This document shows, in pieces, positions 54,387 to 64,000 of a DNA stretch of 64,000 bases. Each line of letters starts with the position of its first letter. Position 1 is the first letter of the stretch. The notes beneath the pieces are model-generated. The model saw nothing but the letters and a program-made list of their open reading frames with translations, made no database searches and had not been told where the DNA came from. This DNA comes from Octopus vulgaris (taxonomy: Eukaryota), in assembly GCA_951406725.2 (NCBI GenBank), contig OX597828.1, positions 30,876,001-30,940,000 of the forward strand, given 5' to 3'. The position numbers and the translations under genes were made by a program.

Positions 54387-56128
54387 CATACATACAAATA
54401 TACGTATGTACAAAAATTGGGTTTATATGTGTATACAGTCATTTCTGTATATTTTATGTATGTTTAAGTATCTGCATGTATTTTAAATTACTAAACATAA
54501 TATGCGTAGATGCACTTAAATTCGTATATATCACCTTGGGTGAATATATCTCCGAGGTAATGTTGATTTGATGATTACTGCAAAATACACATCAGTTTAA
54601 TTACCAGTTAATTCAATATATCCATTATATATATCCAATATATCCAATATATCCATATTATATATCCATTATAGACATTTGATTTCGTAGCGCAATAACA
54701 TGTACATATTCGTAAATGCTTACTACTATACAGAAAATTACAGGTATATGCTAAGGTGTGTGACAATACATGGTAGTGCAGAAAGCAAAAGTAACACATC
54801 CGAGTATTGGGTGAATATGGGCGAAGACGAATGTTGTTTGTACATATATTATGGAAATTGTACCTTCAGATAATTATGCATCAACTTTCGCCTGTGGATC
54901 TATGCGTTAAATATCAGCCGTCATCTTCTCCAGAATGAGTTCTAGCATGTGTCCGAATTTATATTTTCATCTCTCTAGAATTGCATTTGATCGCACCGTC
55001 TCGCTGTTGACATGTATCCGAGGGCATCAGTTCCTTAGCAATTTAATGTGGAGTCTCATACGAAATACTTACTCAATGTATCGTCAACTCTAAAATTTTA
55101 ACATTTTGCTGATAATGTTCTTGATTCTGATATTAATCATCTGTGGCTCTTAAAGAAAATAAAGGATACTGAGATTCTCTTGTGACTTAGTAATAAATAA
55201 AATAATAAAAGCACTTTACTTGTCTTCAATGCACAAAGACCTAGAAAATATACATTAAAATGAAGTTGCTATTCAACTATCAATGAGCATTATATGGCTC
55301 TAGATTGCTTCCTGCTCCAGTGATGGCTCATCAAGTTCATGCAAATGAATGCTGTTTTCAAAATGAACTCAGTGAACAAATGTATCGTTAAAGCAACGCT
55401 ATGTTTGTATTCAGAAATAGGTTGCAGAGTCTCTTGGACGTTTTAAGCAAATTGCATATCATGCAAATGATGTTCGATGTATAATTCAACTGAACCAGAA
55501 TACATACATGTTTAGAGCTTCGGTGCGATTCAATTGCTAAGTTAATAAATAAGACATGAGATATTTAGCAAAACGATAATAGTGTGCTGGAAGCCTCTGA
55601 ATAACAATTTCAATCCTTTTCTCCCAACCATGTTATCATGTTTGAACTAGCGAAATCACATTTATGAAACCGAATACATGTTCGCCGACATTAATGTATG
55701 TATTCACAAATTTTGATTGAACTTTGGTTCTGTGTGTCTCTGCGGGTACAGTTGATTAGTAAATGATCTATACTGTACATCTGCAAAAATAATAGCAGCT
55801 ATCGAGATACTTGTTTGACGTTTCTATTGACAATATTGAAAAGGATTAAAAAACAGCCATATCTCAACGGTAAAGAGTTGATAACTAGTTAACAGCGCAT
55901 CCCTTTGTATTCAATTACTGTACTACGAATCTATTAATCCTTGAATATTTGACTTATGAATTGTACTTATGTACAATTGACTTACGGTTCTGTATCTATT
56001 ATAATCAAGCTGATAGGAATTCAGTACAGGGATACCTAAAACGAAATCATCTCAAAATATTATTACTATTATCATTGCTTTTGCTTTTAACTCAAATTTT
56101 GTTGCAAATCCAGGAGTACTGTAGCCAT

Positions 56129-56189
56129 GATAAAACTCCGAGTTTCGGATGCCGGGGCGGAAATCCACACCACCATCTCTTCAGTTATC
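56129..56189 (-). ncRNA. Type I hammerhead ribozyme (left arm, core intact)
   Basis: GATAA CTGAAGA GATG...CATC C GAAA CT-CGG-AG TT TTATC; GUU triplet. Confidence 0.75.
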
Positions 56190-57142
56190 CGGCCATCGGC
56201 AAAATGCTATGAAAAATGACCGTTATACAAAGGGAAATTACTGTGTTATTGACCGTTATTAAGACAAAAGAGCTATATATATATGTATAATTATATATAT
56301 ATTGATATATATCTATATATATATATCGTTATATAAATATATATATTGATATATGAATATATGTACATTGATACACACACAAATGTATATGTATAATTAT
56401 GTATATATATTGATATATACATGTTCGAATGACCGCTAAGTAAGGGAGTAAAGTAAGGGGGCAAAAGATTCATAGCATTTGCGTTAGCGCGCCTATTCTT
56501 ACCTACATATGTGCGCCCGCACACCCACATGCGTGCGCCTAAAACTATACATTCATCCACCCTCACCTGAACACGTACACATCCTCACTCTCATCATTCG
56601 TATATAGACGTATTTTACTCAGTGTTTTTAAACATTTTCCTGTATTTTTAACTTTGCCCTGTTCTTTCTTGTTATACGTATGTATAATCGTTTTTGTGAG
56701 TGCGTGTGTGTCTGCATGCATAAGGGTATGTGCGTATATAGACGTGGTTTACTCTTTGTATAGTTCCTTATCCGTTTCTTCTGTATTGTTACCCTTAAAC
56801 CTGTTTTTTCTTGTGTTTGTGCATATGTAGACGTGTGTATGAACCTTTATGGTGCGCGTGTGTGTGTGTGGGTTTGTATGTATATGCTACATATATATTT
56901 GGCGAAGGAAGGAAGTGAGGATGTTTTCAAGTGAGGGTAGATAGGTGTAGTATTTTAGGCGTACGCACATGGGTGTGCGGCGCACAAGTGTAGCTAAGAA
57001 CAGGCGCGTTGACGCAAATATGAACTTTTTACCCCCTTAATTAGCGGTCATTCGAATATCTCTTTTGTCTTAATAACAGTCAATCACACAGTAATTTCCC
57101 TTTGTATAACGGTCATTTGTCATAGCATTTTTGCAATGGCCG

Positions 57143-57203
57143 GATAACTGAAGTGATGGCGGCGTGGATTTCCACCGCGGCATCCGAAACTCGGAGTTTT
57201 ATC
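57143..57203 (+). ncRNA. Type I hammerhead (right arm, A9->U substitution)
   Basis: GATAA CTGAAGT GATG GCGGCGTGGATTTCCACCGCGG CATC C GAAA CTCGGAG TT TTATC. Confidence 0.65.
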
Positions 57204-58435
57204 ATGGCTACAGAATATATATATATATACCATTGTATACCTATCGATCTATCTGTCTATCAATACATCTAACGATGATCAATACATCTAACGATCTCTT
57301 TCTTTCTCTCACTCTCTCTCTCACTATATATATATATATACATTTGTATGTTTTATGTACGTATATATGTATATATGTGTCCGTGTGTGTATGTGTATGC
57401 ATATATATATATATATATATATATAGGTGTTTATATATAATATATGCATATATATTAGATACATAAATTCATATCTATCACATAAATCTGTGTATTTATT
57501 TGCAATCAACCTAGCTGGTTGGCTCTCTCTTCATGCACCTATCTATGAAATCTGCGTGTTTTCCCCTCAAATAATTGAAATGCCAATTACACGTTTCCTT
57601 TCTCTTGGAAATGAAATACTGAGCAAGACATATTCCATAATACCTCAGAAAATTCTTTTCCTTTGTTGTTCCTTAGCAGTAAACTAATATGGAAGTGAAC
57701 TTCATAATCCATGATATAGAAATTGGAATTATTTGTGCGCTGAAGGCATAGGAATTATTATTGACTGATTGGTTAATGGAAAATATATACTTTATTTAGA
57801 TCAGGTAGTGCATGATGAATAAATAGCTACGTAGATGAGAAAAGATGTCAGTTGGACAAAGAGCAATGAAATCACCCGATAAAAGCACCTAAGGAAAGGA
57901 CTTTCATTCAATACACGGCGTCGTTTTCCAGTGTAAGAAAATGGCCAATTTATAAAAGGTGAAATCAATTGAATCATTAACTACACGTAAACGTATTAAG
58001 TCATCTTGAACAAAACTAATGATTAGAAAGATGACATCTGACTTTAACAAATGAAGTTTGCGTAAATGTCAATACAGTAAATATATTGAAAATTCAGTTT
58101 CAAATGTAACGAGGATATTGAATGTAATATTGCAATGTACAGCGAATGTAACCATGCATGTACGTTCATTTACCTTCACTTTATTCTTGTTCTATGAAAT
58201 ATAAAATGTAATATAAGAATGGTTTCGTGGTGTACCATTTGGTATTAAAGATTCAGAGTGGACTGTAGTTAAATGAATATACCTTATTGTTTGAGAACGA
58301 ATACAGCAAGTCAGGAAACAGATGCCACTGTTCAAATGAAAGTTTCTATATAGGACAGTGCATAAATTGATGTCATGGAAGTTCACACTGTGGATAAATG
58401 TATATTTTATGAATACATAACCACAAAACATCTCC

Positions 58436-58499
<64 letters not shown>

Positions 58500-58513
58500 G
58501 CATATCTATATGC

Positions 58514-58546
<33 letters not shown>

Positions 58547-58697
58547 TACATATATACATGTATATACATATATATATATACATATATATACATGATATAT
58601 GTCTATATAAATATATATGCATATATATAAGTATATATATGTATATATATATAAGTATATATATATATATATATAAATGTATACATATATATATATG

Positions 58698-58736
<39 letters not shown>

Positions 58737-58755
58737 GTATGTATGTGTATATATA

Positions 58756-58812
<57 letters not shown>

Positions 58813-60453
58813 GCCACAAAACTACGCAAACAAGCATACGAGGGGAAACAAGCGCGGCAACACATCTATAATATATGGATATTCCGACGGATGATATACG
58901 ATTTAATGCAATTCTTTTAATTCTTCTTTCAATAGCGATATAGATTGATCGGTCTTGCATGTACCATTTCTCAGAAGTCGGATTTTTTTTTTTCATGATG
59001 CATGAGCTATAGAAGCATTTTCTAAAATATAATAATATTAATGCAGTCAATCCCATTCTGAACTTTTTAAATCAATTGTAAACAATGTATTTTCGTTTCG
59101 GAATGATAGGTCTATTGAAAGTATATTTTACTTCGTTTGATTTTATTTAGTTTGCTCTAATGAATTATCCACATAAACTAAATATAGATTGAGATGTATA
59201 ATCTACTTGTATAATTTAACATATGTACTTGAAATTACTCTTACTATTTATAGATTTTTATTCTACTTAAATATTCATGCTCACCTATTCAGGATAATTC
59301 ATTTCTGAAGACTAGCTTCTGCATTTGTGGGTGTGTAAACATTGGTGTACATATCTGATGTTTGTTTCCGTACATGTAATGCACGAAAACCTGGTTTCTG
59401 GTTCAATGCACAAGGCAGCACAAGGATAGATTGGCCGAGTATATATTTTTTTCGAATGAAATAAGTGGAAACAATATGCTAAAACGTTGGTTAGTGGATA
59501 GCGGCCTTTCACTATTTACGAAAAAAGATGCAAGGATGTATCTGATTGCAACAACAATCATCCAAACCATGTCTTTGACCAGAAGTGACATTCCCCAGTG
59601 CACGTGCTGTATACAATGTGCATTTCTCTTGAAGCTGGATTGTGCTAAGAAAGACGGACGTGAAAGAAAAGAGACAAAACAGATTTCACTGACCCAATTT
59701 TTAGTTCTTTGTCTGTAGCTTATTTCTCCCACATTTTGAGGAAAATTGCATTTAAAACAAAAAGGAAAAAAATAGAAGAAAAAATTGATAATTTACATAA
59801 ATCACTGAAGAACATCTTTCGAAATTCGAACTCCATTATTTTTCTGCCTCAACGAAAACTTCACAATTAACTGTTGGAATAGTTACTTCTGATTTAAATC
59901 GTTATCTGTCAACTTAGATTAGTCACCATACCGTTTGATGAAATATTGTAATTACAACTTAAGAAGCCATCAACAATTTTCAACAGGCATTCACCGGGTA
60001 TCACACACACACAGACACAAACGCAGACACACATAAATATATATACATGTACGTGTGCACTAAATATTTTTTAACATCTGAAACTCGTGGAATTTAGTGC
60101 TACCATATTTGAGTATTTTTGACAGGCAGCAGTCGTAAATTTCACGAAGTATAAATTATAGAAAACGAAGAAACATTTCTTAGAATTGAAAAATTAGACA
60201 CGCAAACACCCTCACACACACACACACATACATACATGCACATACACACACACACACACACCCACACACACCCACACACATCTCTATGTCTCTATCTCTC
60301 TCTCTATATATATATGTATATACATAAATACATGTTTAAACATATATATATATATTTAAAAGATTTTAAAAAATTTTATCTAGTTTCATCTGACGAGCTG
60401 TGGCCATGCTGGGGCAGCGCCATTCTCTATATATATATGTATAATATATATAT

Positions 60454-60484
<31 letters not shown>

Positions 60485-60519
60485 TATATTTGTATATGTA
60501 TAAGCATATACACACACAC

Positions 60520-60568
<49 letters not shown>

Positions 60569-60609
60569 CCTATGTACACACATACATATATATATATATA
60601 TATAGAGAG

Positions 60610-60667
<58 letters not shown>

Positions 60668-60764
60668 ATAGTTAGTAATATAGCTACATACATACATGCA
60701 TACTTAAATGTCGAACAATGAAAATCAGTGCTCAGCACCGCATTGCTGGACACAATTTATTTAT

Positions 60765-60915
60765 TTTTCAAACCGATCACGTGGAGAAAGGTGTTTGCAT
60801 CCATGTTGGAAAACGCATCGTCATATAGTTAGCGGAGAATCTCGCGTACTCACGTACATAAACAATGAATCATTGAATCAAGAAACGTTACTCCTGAGTG
60901 TCACCTTTCGGATAT
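60765..60915 (+). repeat. ~150-bp direct repeat, partner at 61880-62031
   Basis: TTTTCAAACCGATCAC...GTCACCT(G)TTCGGATAT, near identical. Confidence 0.9.
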
Positions 60916-60930
60916 TTGCTTCCCTTGGAT

Positions 60931-61252
60931 TTGGGCAAGTGTCTTCTGCTATAGCCCCGGGCCGACCAATGCCTTGTGAGTGGATTTGGTAGACCGAAAC
61001 TGAAAGAAGCCTGTCGTATATATGTATATATATATATATATATGTGTATGTGTGTGTGTTTGTGTGTCTGTGTTTGTCCCCCTAGCATTGCTTGACAACC
61101 GATGCTGGTGTGTTTACGTCCCCGTCACTTAGCGGTTCGGCAAAAGAGACCGATAGAATAAGTACTGGGCTTACAAAGAATAAGTCCCGGGGTCGATTTG
61201 CTCTACTAAAGGCGGTGCTCCAGCATGGCCGCAGTCAAATGACTGAAACAAG

Positions 61253-61255
<3 letters not shown>
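60931..61255 (+). mobile_element. SINE family 2, 5'-truncated, young
   Basis: Nearly identical to 30940-31255 from TTGGGCAAGTGTC onward. Confidence 0.9.
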
Positions 61256-61304
<49 letters not shown>

Positions 61305-62603
61305 TTATTTACTAATGTAAGTATAAGTGCATATATATGATTATGTATACGTGTACCCAGATATATAGTACCCACTCATAATTATATAATCGTATTTATA
61401 CAACTGCCATACACCCACGGGTGCGCGCGTGCTAATATAGCAAGTCTCCCGAATCTGATAAATTTCACCCACTGAAAAAATTGGTATAGCGTGCGTTGTT
61501 ATTTTCTGTACGTACATGTGCGCTGTGGGAATCGTAATATGGCGTGATTAAGTTTTCCTTGAAAATGTTTTGTAAGAATTAAAATTTACACCGACGCACA
61601 TCATGCACAGACGCATATAAATCTAACGAAACATCCCTTTAGAGAATACTGTGGTGGAGCTGTGAATATCAACTAAACACCACTCCTTGAAAGAATGCTC
61701 ATATACTATGTCAAGTCACAAAAACGGTGTCACCCATAGTACATCAATGAACAATCGAGAGGGTATCCATGGGACGTATGAAATGGATCAAACATTTAAT
61801 TCCTGTAAAATGTAAAGATCTCATGAAAATAGAGGAACAGCCGTTCGCAATTAAGCGTTAACAATTAAGCGTTAACAATTTTTCAAACCGATCACATGGA
61901 GAAAGGTGTTCGCATCCATGTTGGAAAACGCATCGTCATATAGTTAGCGGAGAATCTCGAGTACTCACGTACATAAACAATGAATCTCTGAATCAAGAAA
62001 CGTTACTCCTGAGATGTCACCTGTTCGGATATCTTGCCGACTACTTAACAGGTGAATGGTTTGCTTTCCAGAGTAATTCTTGAAGGAAATGAATCACGAT
62101 AGAAGCGGCAACAATAACAACATTAACATTTACTTAAGTATGCTCCATTACATAAATGGACAGTAGCTGCCTATCAAGAAAGCAAACCGAGGGAAGAATA
62201 TATAATATTCAAAGACAAGTCGCAGAAAATACAAAGTGAATCTTCGACAGTTACATTAACAGACAACTACAGGATAGACAACATATGATACCAGTCGGTA
62301 GGAAACTTACCAATTTGATAACAGATCTGGAAACTTAGCTTGACCTGAAGAACCCAAAATTTAGACATTCAATGGGCAATTGAATTATGTTTCAGCTGCC
62401 TTTGGGTAACAGATGGTAGTAACGCTGATTTATCGTAACGAGAGGCGCATCCAAAATAGACAAATTTCCTCGAAAAATAAAATTAACAACGATCTCAGGA
62501 AAAGTAATGAACAGAAATATTGTATCATTATATGCAACAGGACTAATAAATTTCCGCACCCTGTTTAAAGAATATTGCACGCACCGATGCTTTATGTACA
62601 TGA

Positions 62604-62667
62604 TTTGATTTGATTTTGATTTTTCCAGTTTCAGCTTATGAGCTGTGGCCATGCTGGGGCACCGCCA
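62604..62667 (-). mobile_element. Short SINE/LINE 3'-tail fragment (similar fragment at 60383-60421)
   Basis: GTTTCAGCTTATGAGCTGTGGCCATGCTGGGGCACCGCC is related to the SINE family 2 tail; (TGATTT)n-like terminal repeats. Confidence 0.6.
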
Positions 62668-63707
62668 TTTACATGTCGAGTAATTATAGAATTATGCAAA
62701 TTCTGAAGGTGTGGTAATTAGAAATGTCTGTGGTAAATAAAACTGTACCCTATAATGTCATTGCTGTTGCATTGTTGTTACTAATATTAGATACATATGA
62801 TGGGTACGTGAGTGCAAAGAGTGAACACTATGGTGATTGTTATCACCTTTTATAGTAAACATGTTCTCTTTTCCTGCTGTCTATGTTCACCAATGTTAAA
62901 GCTCGGAATAATCATTTCATCTTTTCCTGAAGGATATTAAAGGCGTTCAACTCCCTTATAAACTTGCGTATTGTACAGTAATCCACCCTCGTGTCTGCGA
63001 TTATATAGCCTCTGTTTAACGAACGACTATCTTTTTATTCAAACAATGCTGACCGGATTTAAGCTTCAATCACTCAAGGATCAAACGTAACTTGATAGGG
63101 AATCAATTGATTATGCCACCCATCAGATTGAAATCTGCATGATCTTGAAATTAATCATTTGTTAAAATATCTCCGAGTATTCACAAATTATTATTCTACG
63201 CATTACAGTTATATGTGCAAGATACATGCAAACTGTTATACCCCGCAAAAAAAATCTCCATGAAACAATCAAGAGTAAAATTGATATTGCTTTCCCTATA
63301 TTCCCTACTTCTCGAAAGGAATATTTACTAAAACCTCTGGGTTTAGTCAACATAAACAAATCTCATATTGTCTATTAAAACAGTATAATGAAATCGGTTT
63401 AGAAAATATTAAATACGATGGTGATTGAAAACTAATGTGATGGTATGCGAGAAAAGATCTGTGTTTATTCTATCCCCTGTAGTGAATTAGTTGAAAATGC
63501 TTAAACTTCTATTTTAGTCTACTCTACTTTTGTTTAACTGTTAACAAAGAGTGTAGGTTTCCAGTTTTATTTTATTCTTATTCTCATTTATCATGCATGC
63601 ATCAATTCTCTTGATAGCAAATGATAAATGGACAACTCATGTGAGTCGACAGTTAAAGAAATGTTTATATTCGCATCCATTTTATTCACTCCACCAATTT
63701 TAATTCT

Positions 63708-63752
<45 letters not shown>

Positions 63753-63866
63753 CAGTGTGTGTGCATGCATGTATGTGTGTATTTATATAGGTATATATGT
63801 ATATATAATTATACATATGTACACATAAATTATATATATATATATATGTATATATATATGTATATA

Positions 63867-63923
<57 letters not shown>

Positions 63924-64000
63924 AACAAAGACATACGCACATAAACATATATAAACTAATAGTTTTTGTTGAGTGTATGTCTAGTTTACATTGATGAATA

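Larger units (their letters stand above)
56119..57213. mobile_element. Non-coding ~1.1-kb foldback element with a hammerhead near each outer end
   Basis: ~300-bp inverted arms (56119-56590, interrupted by a microsatellite; 56911-57213); internal ~130-bp diverged direct repeat starting CGTATATAGACGT at ~56599 and ~56732. Confidence 0.85.

Noticed and set aside
55338-55470. Two ATGCAAAT octamer motifs about 120 bp apart
   Set aside because: Several such 8-mers are expected by chance in 64 kb of AT-rich DNA, and no conservation data are available.
59403-59732. Overlapping 95-aa and 109-aa non-repetitive ORFs
   Set aside because: No recognisable domain or convincing splice context; lengths are compatible with chance.

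Overview
AT-rich, microsatellite-dense eukaryotic DNA with no recognisable host protein-coding gene, probably intergenic or deep intronic. The SINE families and repeat landscape suggest an octopus or other coleoid cephalopod (inference). Almost all ORFs in the supplied track are (TA)n/(CA)n/(ATCT)n artefacts. The window is largely transposon debris: two tRNA-derived SINE families, Tc1/mariner relics and a MITE, a non-autonomous Helitron, a Gypsy integrase relic, RTE/RTEX and L1/Tx1 LINE fragments, and a ~2.3-kb GAAAATTTTC satellite. The main hidden signal is a dense set of Penelope-like-element (PLE) relics carrying type I hammerhead ribozyme (HHR) motifs. Four elements that share no evident sequence (4.1-4.7 kb, 29.1-29.4 kb, 38.3-42.0 kb, 56.1-57.2 kb) are foldbacks with an HHR in each inverted arm, on the minus strand at left and the plus strand at right. 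Only the 38-42 kb copy still encodes protein, a Naiad-like GIY-YIG endonuclease C-terminus. Other notable items are a minimal HHR with a compensatory G3:C8 core swap (49.5 kb), a Naiad relic with TGA exactly at a conserved zinc-finger Cys (possible selenocysteine ancestry, 20.1 kb), a SINE that appears to target GGTATT, and a Tc1 element with one half inverted between (TA)n tracts. All structures were read by eye; no folding software or database search was run.
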